From: Octopus bimaculoides
Lineage: Eukaryota
Length of the DNA stretch: 32,836 nucleotides
NCBI RefSeq assembly: GCF_001194135.2
Contig: NC_068981.1
Location: 16,367,206 to 16,400,041 of the forward strand
Direction: 5' to 3'
The translations under genes were made by a program, and so were the position numbers. This document shows positions 9,864 through 22,367 of the stretch, one piece after another (within the stretch, counting starts at the first letter, position 1; each line of letters begins with the position of its first letter). The notes under the pieces were generated by a model. That model had not been told where the DNA came from, ran no database searches, and saw nothing but the letters and a program-made list of their open reading frames with translations.

Positions 9864-12800
9864 NNNNNNNNNNNNNNNNNNNNNNNNNNNNNNNNNNNNN
9901 NNNNNNNNNNNNNNNNNNNNNNNNNNNNNNNNNNNNNNNNNNNNNNNNNNNNNNNNNNNNNNNNNNNNNNNNNNNNNNNNNNNNNNNNNNNNNNNNNNNT
10001 ATATATATATATATTCACACACATGCATACATATATACCTTTATGTATGGAAAGACTGGGAAAAGGAGGAGGAGGAAGAAGAGGGAGAAGTAAGATATAC
10101 GCTAATAATTATGTTTTCAATATATATCAAGATATAATTAATCTGAAACCATACAGATATCTTCAAGTAATAGAATCGTAGGTGTTAATTACTATCATCA
10201 CCACAACCCGCACAATCAACATTCTGCCAGAATGATTTATCAATTTCATGAAGTGGAAAATATTCAACACAATCATTTAAATAAATAATTCGTTAAGTTT
10301 CCCAGATTAATATATATATATATTTTTTTCTTCTTAATTATCTAGCTTCCCAAATTAATCATGCCATTCACGCAGAATGTTTCAACAATATTTTACTTTA
10401 GTGGGGCTAAATTACTTCATAATTTATTGATAAACTGATACAGTGGGTTTGCTTTTTGGGGTACTTCATCATTATCGTCTTTATCCTAACTATCACAGCA
10501 GTTGCAGCAACAACAGCGGTGATATCAACAACAGCTTCAGCAACAGAGACTTTGATAAATTTGCAGCATGGCATAACCATATCTTCCATCCATCAGATAC
10601 AGCATCCTGAAATGTGACCTCATCAATTCATACATGCCTACCTTGAACGTTTAATACAAATACACTTCAATGCCTGAAGTGACCTTTAAATGTTCCCACA
10701 ACCTGCTAGAAATAAGTGTCAAACTTCCCTTAAATCTTACTGTTATTACCATGAAAAATAGGACAGCAGCTATGATTATATATCTACTCAAACATACCTA
10801 AGCTGAGGTAAAACAATCACTTTTTACACAAGGCAACATTCCAATACGTTCATTTCTCTTACACATTTAACTTACCTTGTCTATTAGTTATCTCCCCTGA
10901 TTTTGATATGACTTTTCTTTTTCTTTGTGTCTTCACCGTGTTACTTTTATTATGGAGTGAAAGAACATACCTGCCTTCCTCTGTGTATTTGTTTACCACT
11001 TTTTAGTTTAAATATTCCTATATAAGAAAGTACATGCCAACTTCAGTAATATATCACAACGTTCGAAGTTGTACTCTTTGCTAGGTTGAAGAATTTATTT
11101 CTCTCACCCCAAAAATGTTTCCTAATCCCTAAATTCAACCGATCTGTGATGGTGTCTTATGTACATTCGAAATAATCAGTTCCACTTATTTATACTTTAA
11201 ATGCGTGGTGAGTGCCAATTTATGATTAAATTATGAATTAAACTCAATTCCGGTGGAACTTGATCTTTTTATTCAACATTTCTATACAACAAGCTAGTTG
11301 TTAATGTGCCACCAAAACAAAGGCAAACGTTATACTTCTGCCGATTGAGCCTGATAAACGAGAAAAGCTCTGACGTATTACACTTGACTATTTCTCGGAG
11401 AATAATGCTAATTAACATAAAGCTTCCCTAATCTTACATTTGACCCTGCTCTGATTATTCTTGATGTTGAAACTATTTGAAATAATTAACCCTCCACCTA
11501 TTTAGTATTTAAGTATATGGTCAGTAAGCCTTTATAATTAAAGTATCAATTAATATTATTTCCTGGTAGCACTTAATATTTTGTTTTTTATTAATATCCC
11601 TTTATAGCAAACAAGAGCTACAATATGAGCGAAATAATGGAGAATTATTGACCTATAAATGACTCCTTCATGGGAAAAATTTATGTTTTAATGGCAACAA
11701 AATATTCAACCTAGGACACGATCGCCATAATTGAGACAGATGTGAACATAAACATCACCAGGGTAAATGAATTAATCTATGCAATAAAAATGGCAGTGGA
11801 GAGGGGCTTAATTATGTCAAACTGCGAGTCATCTAATAAATTATCCTTCTTCCTGTCTTGGTATTCTGTCAAAATAAAAGTTGGGCGAATAAAAACAAAA
11901 AAATATTTTCCCAATTTCTTCTGTAAAATTGACAATTACCAATGATATTTTGGCGAACTCAAACTCTTAGTGTTTAGTGGTGGGAGTGTAACCTTCTACA
12001 GAAAAAATACCAAAATAAATTTGGTTGGCATAAATGGAAAAGCAAGCCCAAAACAGATATATAAAATCGATATTCTATAACGTCTGCAAAGAAAATGCAT
12101 GGTTATTTGTTCACAGTAAATGTTTTCCAAATTCTCAGAAGAATATCACGAATTGCGAAATGATAGGTCATATGTGCAATGACTCCAAGTTCGTACGGGT
12201 TTGCCAGTGTATGTTTTCCTAACAATTCAGGGCAGGTAGCATGAGGAAGGTGTGAGGGCCATATGATGGGTCATATGAGATAGTAGAATAAAGCACAGTT
12301 TAATTTATGACGTGTCAATTCAACTGAATTCATGTAGTCTATTCGAAGACAAAATGAAAAATGACAAAATTATCACCCTTCGGTATAAACAACGGAATAA
12401 TGAACACTAATTGCTTAACGGCGTTAATAAATTATGAATTTATTAATATACTAGAAGTAAAAAGACAATCTGAACACGCACACACGACGCATTTGTATTC
12501 ACATCTCTGAGTTTCTCGGTACCATCGAATGCGATTTCCTTCGATTTGTTACCGTTATACACTTGTCCTGAGGTGTTTGCTTCATGCTTGTGGAATTAAG
12601 TTTAGACCTTTACTTCTAACGATATAGAGGCTTACTTTTGTTAGTATGTAGTGTGTCGACATAAGTATGCATGTATTTACATAAATGTGTATACATATCC
12701 ACATATATATTTATTTATATACATGGATAGATATATGAGTGTATGTGTGAACTTATGTGTGCATATATATATGTGTGTGTTTGTACTTATGTGTGCATAT

Positions 12801-13217
12801 ATATATATGTGTGTCTGTGTGAATTATATATATATATATATAGAAAGAGTTAGATGCGTAGATACATGCATAAATACATTCATAGATGATGATGATTAAT
12901 GTAGAATATCAGAGCCATTTCGACACATGCGGAACCAACTGCACTCACCATTAATCCGATACTTGTCTTAACAATGGCACATCAAATCAGCTTTGAATAA
13001 GCAATATGTACGAAATTAACCTTTCCACACCAGCGATTAGATTAGAGTGATGGACACTTGAGTGTAACTGTTATCAGTTTTGGAGAGCACCAAGTTTAAG
13101 GAAACTAGAGTAGGACTTCAGGATATTTTTGTGATAGTGAACAACGACTAAATATCACTTCCTCTGCAGCCTTCGTCTCTTCTTAGTGATGGTTTTGAAT
13201 TGCGTCTAGCCAGCTTC

Positions 13218-13240
13218 ATTATTATTATTATTATTATTAT

Positions 13241-13296
<56 letters not shown>
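13218..13296. repeat. (TAT)n(TAG)n microsatellite
   Basis: Directly visible, immediately 5' of a SINE. Confidence 0.95.
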
Positions 13297-13300
13297 TGAA

Positions 13301-13631
13301 GGCGCATGGCTCTGTGGTTAGAGCGTCAAACGTACGATCGTGGTGTTGTGAGTTCGAATCCCGGATCGGGGTGCGTGTTGTGTTCTTGAGCAAGACACTT
13401 TATTTCACGTTGCTCCAGTTCACTCAGCTGTAGAAATGAGCTGCGACGTCACAGGTGCCTAGCTGTATCGGCCTTTGCCTTTCCTTTGGATAACACTGGT
13501 GGCGTGGAGAGGGGAGGCCGGTATGCATGGACGACTGCTGGTCTTCCATAACAGAACCTTGCCCGGACTTTTGCCTGGGAGGGTAACTTCTAAGGTGCAA
13601 TCCCATGGTCAGTCATGACCGAAGGGGGTCT
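13301..13631 (+). mobile_element. tRNA-derived CORE-type SINE, apparently full length
   Basis: A-box TGGCTCTGTGG 13307-13317, B-box GTTCGAATCC 13352-13361. Segment 13386-13440 (ttgagcaagacacttt...ccagttcactcagctgtagaaatgag) aligns by eye with the MIR CORE (ttgggcaagtcactt...cagtttcctcatctgtaaaatggg). Followed by a (CTT)n tract. Confidence 0.85.
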
Positions 13632-15964
13632 GAGCATTCTTCTTCTTCTTCTTCTTCTTCNNNNNNNNNNNNNNNNNNNNNNNNNNNNNNNNNNNNNNNN
13701 NNNNNNNNNNNNNNNNNNNNNNNNNNNNNNNNNNNNNNNNNNNNNNNNNNNNNNNNNNNNNNNNNNNNNNNCATTATTTTTTTTTTTATTATATGTGTGC
13801 GTGTGTGTTTGTGTGTGTGTGCGTACATACATGGTGGTTGTCTATTCCTTATACAGAGTTTGACCACTTCCTGTACCTACACCTCACAATCATGGATTGC
13901 ATCTGATGTGACTTTTTAAACCAGACACTGTTCTGAAATGACACCCGCAAAGATTGCACCTCCGATTTCAGTACATATTGTATTTTAAAGAGTTGAAACT
14001 TATTCCATCAGAATCTTTTGCCGAACAGCTAAGTTACAGGGAGCATGAACAAGCCAGAATCGAGTCATGCGCTGGATGTCAAACACAAACAAACACACGT
14101 ACCTAGATTAACACACATACATATACGGATTTTATAAAGTTTCCTTATACCAAATTTCCGCACACGTGATCGATCGAACCAGGGATATGTCATTAGACAT
14201 TTGCCCAAAAATCTCATGCTAATTCTACCCTTTTGCAAAGCAATACCCTTTTGGACATATATGTGCATATATATGCACACGTACCCTGACACATAAGTAC
14301 ACACACATATGCATGTAAATGCATATAGAAAAAAAACGGGTTTCGTATATATGCCTTATAAACATTCACGGGTTTCAGCGAATTATGGTTATAATTACGC
14401 AAGTGATGTTCAAGCATTAACTAATCATATTTGAAAATACTTCTTCAGTGTCGAGCTTAGTAGCCTATTCCGCAGTTTGTTCTCCCGCGTCTTACTGCAT
14501 TTGATATGAGAGGAGCGTGAGACCCACTGTTGATACTGAACTTTGGTTAAGGGTCACGCTTCAAGTGTATATCTTCTCTGCACATAAATATGATTGTGTG
14601 TATACGTGTCTGCATGCATGTATCTATGTAAATATGTATGTATGTACGTATGTGTGATTCTTTCCTTCGAGAACGACGTATGATCGTCCACCTGTTTGAT
14701 CAACTGAACGTCATATTCATTGAATTATCGTGTGACGTGTACATGTGCTTGTATGAGTGTAGTTCTTTATATATGTGCATTCTATATATATGTATGTAGG
14801 ATGTATGCATGTATCTATCGATCTATCTATGTGTTTATCTATGTATATAAATTAAGAATAATATAATACGATAAAAGGAATACAATTAGATTTTCCATTA
14901 TAGTCATTTTTTCTGCTTTACTCCCAGATAAGGTTCAAAGATTACCATTGGCGGGTACAAATTAGATAATTTTCCAGCTCACTAGATACTATCTTACTAG
15001 CTTAGGTTCGGCTTCAACTCATCGCCCATCAAATTTTATGGGAAGAAAAGCAGTTATTTACTTTTTAAAACCACAACCTACGCACATGATTTAATATTCG
15101 AAACTGGTGTGAAAACAGAAATTTCATTCACATTTATCTAAACGATATCAGCATAAAGTTGCAATTTTTTTTCTCTTTCTTTCCAGATAATATAAAAGGG
15201 CGTAAAATGTACTCTTTAACGTATTTTTGAATGACTAGTTGGCAGTGACAAGTTTACTGCTTCGAACAATCATATCACAATTCTAGATATTGACCGCTTC
15301 CAGAGAATATGGCGGACAGATCCCCACCCTCTTAATCCATAAAAAGGAAAGTGTGGTTATTTCATGAATACAATCACATTGCTGAAATATCTCTTCTCTC
15401 TCCCTCCCTCTCTCTCTCTCTCTCACTCGTATTCTTACGTGAATAATACCACCGTCAACTAATCACAAGAAAGTGGTTATATGACCTATGACCCATCTTT
15501 CTTTACACCCACTTATTTTAAAGTGCTATCACTTAACCATATTCTTTTTGGTAGTTGATTTACGCCCCTACTAAACTTTTGCTTTATATTTTTCCCCAAT
15601 AAATGCATTCAGCAAACTCCCTTGTCGACTATTTATCGTACACATATCGATTTCTGCAATGCACATAAGGCACCGGATTTATAAAGCAACAGAAATCAGA
15701 GGGTTGTGATATTCCAATCTTTTTCAGGAGTATTAACAACTAAATGGAATTTTAATACCTGCTCGATGCTATTGTACATTGCTCAGGCAGGTGAATCTGT
15801 CTGTTAAGGCATCAATGTCACAATAACCCTTACGTCTCTACTTATTAGGAATCGAAATGAAGTACTCTCAACCTTTGTATAAGATATTGAATATTCTCTA
15901 AAGACAGGATGCTATACACAATGGCGTACTGTACTATATTTTTAACTATTCAAAATGTACATTC

Positions 15965-15969
15965 ACACA

Positions 15970-16021
<52 letters not shown>
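15965..16021. repeat. (CA)n microsatellite
   Basis: Directly visible. Confidence 0.95.
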
Positions 16022-16078
16022 ATGTAAGAGAACTTCTTAGAATCAAGAGCCCTGTGCGTGAATTGGTTTTTGTGGGGG

Positions 16079-16114
16079 TAAAGTGTTGTACGGCATTGAA
16101 CGTACAACACTTTA
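16079..16114. repeat. Perfect 14-bp inverted repeat with 8-nt loop
   Basis: TAAAGTGTTGTACG-gcattgaa-CGTACAACACTTTA. Confidence 0.9.
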
Positions 16115-16499
16115 ACAAATAGCTAAAAACACTAATGGAAAAAAAAATCAGGTTGAACCGACAGAAAAAGTCTTCCAAGCTAATCTGGATGTGTTGTTTC
16201 TAAAGTCGTAAGCTGGTAAACGTCCCAGAAAATCATTTCGTATAGACAACAAAAGCTAAAAGCCATTGAAATTCTACCAGTTGACTAGATTTAGACACAA
16301 CTGGTGAATGACACTACTGTATCACGTGTTTTAACAAATAGCAAGAATACCACTGGCCAAACAGCTCAGCTACACTCAGCTTCTCTGAGTTGCTAACCAG
16401 TTTATATTGACATTAAAACAACTTTTGTATCACCCTGTACTTTTTAATATTTAGATAAAAATTAAGGCTTTGCAGCATTTTGCCCGTGTTTAGATCATG

Positions 16500-16630
16500 A
16501 GTTCAAAATCTTTTGTCTATCATCATTTTCTGGTCGATCAAATAAGTACTTGTTGAACATTGAGGTCGATGCAAATAATTCACCACACCCCTGAAATTGC
16601 TGGCCGTGTGCCAAAATTTGAAACCAACAT
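16500..16630 (+). mobile_element. Highly degenerate SINE fragment
   Basis: gagttcaaa (B-box-like), ggtcgatcaaataagtac, gaggtcgatg, and tail ccctgaaattgctggccgtgtgccaaaatttgaaacc resembling other copies here. Confidence 0.55.
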
Positions 16631-16888
16631 TTTAATAAAACTAGTGGTCTATGTGGACAGGCAAGACTTCAGACAAAATACCTTGCAGTACTTGTTCCGA
16701 GTTTTATGATCCGAATTCAAATCCGGTCAGGGTTGTCTTTGCCTTTTATTCTCCCGAGATTCGATAAAATAATATACCAAACAAGAACTGGCATGGGTAT
16801 GATCAAACGTTGCTTCACCTTCAATTTGACGTATTCTACATACTTAAAAAACAAACGACATTTTGTTGGCAAGATCATGGTAACATTC

Positions 16889-17044
16889 TTTTCTACTCTA
16901 GGCACAAGGCCCGAAGTTTATCGACCCCGAAAGGATGAAAGGCAAAGTCGACCTCGGCGGAATTTGAACTCAGAATGTAAAGACAGACGAAATACGCTAA
17001 GCATTTCGCCCGGCGCGCTAACGTTTCTACCAGTTCGCCGCCTT
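16889..17044 (-). mobile_element. tRNA-derived SINE with internal deletion
   Basis: Near-identical to 22072-22198 (tttatcgaccccgaaaggatgaaaggcaaagtcgacctcggcggaatttgaactcag...ccagttcgccgcct). Joined directly to the tail tctactctaggcacaaggcccgaa. Confidence 0.9.
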
Positions 17045-17103
17045 AAGATCATGATAACATTGAATAAATTGTCTGGTGGAATTGTATTGATATATTTTAT
17101 AAA

Positions 17104-17172
17104 ATGAGTTCAAATCCCGCTGAAATCGTATTTGCCTTTCATCATTCCGAGGCTGATAGAAAAACGTACCAG
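17104..17172 (+). mobile_element. SINE fragment
   Basis: gagttcaaatcccgctgaaatcgtatttgcctttcatcattccgaggctgatag...gtaccag is a degenerate plus-strand version of the same family. Confidence 0.6.
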
Positions 17173-17299
17173 CCAAATGCTGTTGTCAATTTAATCACTT
17201 TTACTGTTCCTGAATACGTATGTCCTGACATTGATGTCTGAAATCAATAACAAGTCTTGTAATTTTGAGGAGTTATATTATGGATCCCAGTATTGGATA

Positions 17300-17440
17300 G
17301 GTACTTTCAGTTATCGACCACGGAGGGATGAAAGACAAGTTTGACCTCGGTGACATTTGATCTCAGAAACTAAAGAGCCGGAACAAATATCACAAGGCTT
17401 TCATTCCAACGCTCTAATAACTCAGCTTCTTCACCGTCCA
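17300..17440 (-). mobile_element. Degenerate SINE
   Basis: ttatcgaccacggagggatgaaagacaagtttgacctcggtgacatttgatctcagaa aligns to the family core. Confidence 0.65.
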
Positions 17441-18098
17441 TCCGTGATAATAATAATGAGAAGATTCGTTAATTAATCATTGTTCACTAATTGATGTTGA
17501 TTTTGTTGCTCACCCAAATAAACATACATTCCGAATCAATTAAACTACTTAATTGAATTGTACACTATTGTAATTCGAGTTTTGTTTTTACACTTGTGTT
17601 ACCACCGCTGCCGCCGCCGCCACCACGAGCACCAGCACCACCACCATCGCCAACATCATCATTGCCATCATCATCATCATCACTAAGTGATAACGCTGAT
17701 AAATCAAATTCACAACAGTCACGCGCTCATCAAATTAACCAGATCCGGATCCATCAAGATATGCAGGTGTATAGAAGTAGATTGGACATTGGATAGAATA
17801 CAACGCGTCCAGACTGCAAACGCTGGACTTCAAATGTATTAGCATCGTGCAGTATGGTCGAAGGTAAGGAGGACACAAGGCATAAATTCATAAACAGAAA
17901 TACTCATTGCCTCAAGTTGTACGACCGACAATCTCAATACCATGGCTACAATCAGAAATTGTTGTTGTTGTTGTTATTATACATCTCAGAGCTCTCGGTC
18001 TTCCTCTAGTTGATTCTGTGACAGCAGACAGCAACCTGTTGTCAAATTATATTGAAATCTTTCAATATGTCTGGCCTATTCGCATTTATCTTTCTGTC

Positions 18099-18151
<53 letters not shown>

Positions 18152-19435
18152 TATTGTCTTTGCACAGCTTCTATCGCTGGAGATGTACTACGGTAGAAGC
18201 TGTTCACTACCAGTGAACTAAGATAACACCCCTTATTTTTCGAGCACCATCCGGAGTATTCGAGCGGTTCCAAGCAGTGCTGTTTCTGCAAGTGTTGCAC
18301 CCTTATTGCAGCCCATATTTGTTCCATGTATTTCTCAAGATTTTACTCACTGTTCCTAGGGCTCCGACAATTATTGGTATTACTACCAACTTTTTTAGGG
18401 ACTACAATTCCAGAACTGCTTAACCTCTCAAGCTAACCTGTTATATCTATCGAACTGTTTGTTTTGTTCAAAGAAACGTTGGTGCTTTTCATACCGGAGG
18501 ATTCTTTGTGCTGTCGCCAAGATATCTTGTTTTAGCTTTTCTTTTACCTCAGGTGTACCTTGTTCTGTAATTTTGCATCTACTAAGTATTTTCCTTCTCC
18601 TATTTCTGTTTAGTAGTGTTGATCGTCAATTAGTTTCATTAAGGATTGACAGACCCTCTCTCTATTTTCATCTATTTTTCTGGATATTATTTATATGTTG
18701 TTTCCAATTTATTCTGGATATTATCTATATGTTGTTTTACTATTAATTTTCATGTTTGGGAGGTATAATCGGTGGTCAATACTGAGATCTGTGGCTTTCA
18801 ATTTTTTGATTCTGCTCATTTTTAGAGTACAGTAATCATTAGTTTCACCATCACTGTTTCCAGGTTTTAGATTTGTTTCGTATTCCCTCTCGTTCATTTT
18901 CTGTTGTGTGTGTGCGCGCGCGCGTGTGTAGTTTTCTGGTTTGGTGAATTTTGTTCATCATTATACATTCCTAAGTTCTGGGTTTGTTATCTTTGGTTTT
19001 TCCTTAATTTTTGTTGGACATGTTACGTATGTCTTTGTGTTTTACAGTCCCAGTGCTTATGATATTATTTGGCATTACTATGCAGTTATTATCTACGTTT
19101 TCCTGATATATCTTTCCTTTTAAGTGTTCTATTTCTATTTCTGATATATTTTTTTGTGTTTGCTTTGAGAATATATCTTCGTATGTTAGCTAGTTTATTA
19201 GTGTTCATTGCTGCATCCAAATCTTTATCTAAGTTATTTTTCTTCCAGATTTTATATGCATATGTTGTCGCGTTTTTTTTTTCTGTGGGTAGAGCACTGC
19301 TGTAAAATAAAGGTGTAGGATTGAAATATATTCCTCACGTCCACTTATGCATTTTTGATTTTATTTGCGAAACATGAGGAATAACGTCCAGCCTTTTATT
19401 TTGATAGTCATCATTTTCGTAAGGTACCGGTCTGT
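18099..19435 (-). mobile_element. Internally deleted R4/Dong-like (REL-endonuclease) non-LTR retrotransposon
   Basis: Minus strand with frameshifts. N-terminal region (19360-19100): HKWT/REEYIS...YAYKIWKKNNLDKDLDAAMNTNKLANIRRYILK.../ISEIEIEHLKGKI. Pre-RT region (~18550-18452): EKLKQDILATAQRILRYEKHQRFFEQNKQF. C-terminus (18450-18233): DRYNRLA*EVKQFW.../LVVIPIIVGALGTVSK/NLEKYMEQIWAAIRVQHLQK/TALLGTARILRMVLEK*. Short 3' UTR and (TAA)n tail at 18099-18154. Confidence 0.8.
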
Positions 19436-19454
19436 ATTATTATTATTAGAATTA

Positions 19455-19912
19455 GCCGTCTTATAGGAGTACACTAGGTACATGCATCACAACCATATGT
19501 GCACGACATGATAAACAGCGCATGACCTTGTAGATGGGGCCCAGTTAGAATTTTCTTCAGGTCGAGTAGTCCATCTTGCCCAAAAGGTCCCTGAACAAGG
19601 CTTATTTAAGGATGTTGAACGAAACACCCATGTTTCCAGACGTGAATTATTCAAATAGCAAATAATTTCTCTGAACATATGGCTGTGATGTTCCCCCACT
19701 GTTTCTGCCGTGACCAGAAATGCACATACCATCAGCCTCCGAGAGACATACTCAACTAGTCAAGGTCAGACAACGGAAAGCAAATCTGTTGTGTTGAGCA
19801 GAATATTTGCTGTCGCCCATCTTTCATATTGAGACAAAACATGTACATGATAACACTTCCAATCAAGTTAAAATGGGAAGCCATGAGAGACAGTGCCTGA
19901 TACTGCGTCATG
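19455..19912 (-). mobile_element. Unclassified interspersed repeat ending in (AAT)n on the minus strand
   Basis: GC-richer, complex, non-coding block bounded by (TAT)n at ~19437-19448 and (TGT)n at ~19915. Resembles an abundant octopus repeat as I recall it (unverified). No clear A/B box or ORF. Confidence 0.5.
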
Positions 19913-20838
19913 TATTGTTGTTGTTGTAGTTGTTGTTTTTGTTGCTGTTGTTGTTCTTGTTCTTGTTGTATATGTATATGTACACGCACACACATACACA
20001 CAAAATTCTTGATATTATAGATCAATCATTTCAAATATATCATATGTGGAGGTACTTGCAGCGTAGCTGCAGACCACAGATGACAAATGATATAATGGCA
20101 ACTGAGAGCATGTGATAGACAACTCCAAGAAGCCTCATCGACTTCTATATAACAAATTTAAACTCTATAACATATATTGAGCGCTCTTTATCACATGACG
20201 ACGCTGACACATTTTCTTCACACCGCCATTATATTCTCATTCAATTCTTCTATCCCATCATTCAAATATTCAAACACAAATTTTTTGATGCCTTTCACGC
20301 AATTTCAGCAAAATTTTTTCAACATTTTCCAATATATTGAATGATAAAATTTCTTTCACAATCGCATAGCAAGATTTCTTTAACAATTGTTATTATCATT
20401 ATAATTATTATTTTGATTGACTCTGCTGCTGCTGTTGGGATTATTGTTGCTGTTGTTGATGTTGTGATGGTGGTGCTTTGTGGCAATACTGGTTATAATA
20501 AAATTACACACATTATCATTAATGTAACTTTTTTCATGCTTTGATTCCAAAGCCAGTTTCAAAAAAATAACAAAGAAATTTTGACATTCAAAAATAAGAA
20601 AACAATTCTTTTCTTATTTCACATCCACCTCTTCCTCTCTTTTTCTCTCATATCTTGTGTCTCCGATGACAATACAATTTGATAAGCACTATTATCTGTT
20701 TTGTTATTAAGTTTTTGTTATTCCTTTCTCCTTGTGACTTATAATTTCAAACGAATATTTACCTTCAACCATTTCCAACCTCTTATTTCACACATCATAA
20801 ACATCGTCATCATCGACTTTGTCATCATCATCATCATC

Positions 20839-21190
<352 letters not shown>

Positions 21191-21884
21191 ATTTTCCATT
21201 GCATAATCTGTATTCAGTATTGTTTCTCATATATTTCCCCTGCTCGTTTTTCTTTCATTGTATTTTCCTTATATTCAATTTTCGTGTTAAGATATATCTT
21301 TTTGCTTCTATCCCAAGATTACTGACTTCAGTTTTCAATTAAATATTCATTATTTCCTATATTCGATCATGTTTCATTAATATTTTATGAGATTACTGAG
21401 TTTCGGAGTGAGTGCGGAAAGAAAGACACACACATACATACATATACACACTTACGCATACACACACACACACTCACACACACATACACACACTCACACA
21501 CAACATACACACACATATACACGCAAGTACACGAACAAACAATGTATTGTAATAAACATACCGAATATTACAATACATTGTAAAGCTTATATTTGCGAAG
21601 GCGTACAGCTGTTTTTGTTATTGTTTTGTTTAGCCTTATTCATCCAAGGTCGAAAATAATCTTTATTCAGATGGAACCAGCCGTGACCATCCCTTCATTA
21701 TTTGAAATATAATATATTTTGGATCTGTACTCGCCAACATATGTGCAAGTATGTAGGTACACGTACATGTACGTTCGAATGCAAATAGATGCATAGATAT
21801 TTTTTAACAAGGAACAGTAACCATGGCCTTAGTACACCCAACTAAACATCTGAGACTGACATTGTTAATATTATTACTGAAGTT

Positions 21885-22342
21885 GGCGTGATGGCAAAAT
21901 CGTTAGAACGCCGGGCTAAATGCAGAGCGACATATCATCCGTCGCTGCGCTCTCATTTCAAATTATTATTTCTTTATTGCCCACAAGGGGTTAAATATAG
22001 AGGGGACAAACAAGGATAGACAAAGGGTTAAGTCGATTACATCGACCCCCAGTTCGTAACTGGTACTTAATTTATCGACCCCGAAAGGATGAAAGGCAAA
22101 GTCGACCTCGGCGTAATTTGAACTCAGAAGGTAACGGCAGACGAAATACCGCTAAGCATTTCGCCCGGCGTGCTAACGTTTCTGCCAGCTCACCGCCTGA
22201 TTTCAAATTCTGCCGAGGTCGACTTCTCATTCTTTCAAGGACGATGGAAAAAGTATCAATCGAATACTGAGGTTAATGAAATCGACTATTCCCCCTACCA
22301 CCACCACTAATTTCAGACCTTGTGCCTATAGTAGAAAGGATT
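21885..22342 (+). mobile_element. Older plus-strand SINE split by a nested insertion
   Basis: Head ggcgtgatggcaaaatcgttagaacgccggg...ctcatttcaaatt (21885-21964) resumes at 22200 atttcaaattctgccgaggtcgact and ends ...ccttgtgcctatagtagaaaggatt. Confidence 0.75.
21965..22199 (-). mobile_element. Young full-length SINE with 10-bp TSD
   Basis: Minus-strand head ggcggtgagctggcagaaacgttagcacgccgggcgaaatgcttagcgg, B-box GAGTTCAAATT, short (AAT)n tail. TSD ATTTCAAATT at 21955-21964 and 22200-22209. Confidence 0.92.
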
Positions 22343-22367
22343 AATATTATTATAGAACCTGAATACA

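Noticed and set aside
10490-10620. Possible exon in a CAG/CAA-rich stretch
   Set aside because: Short frames with no recognisable domain and no consistent acceptor-donor pair.
13301-13375. tRNA gene
   Set aside because: A and B boxes are present, but the sequence continues into a CORE-like SINE body and lacks a clean cloverleaf. It is a SINE head; the same holds for other B-box hits.
15191-15200. TATAAAAG TATA box
   Set aside because: An isolated motif expected by chance in AT-rich DNA, with no downstream gene evidence.
17596-17796. Pro/Ser-rich 66-aa ORF
   Set aside because: Built from CCG/CCA/TCA triplet runs, with no convincing splice acceptor or domain.
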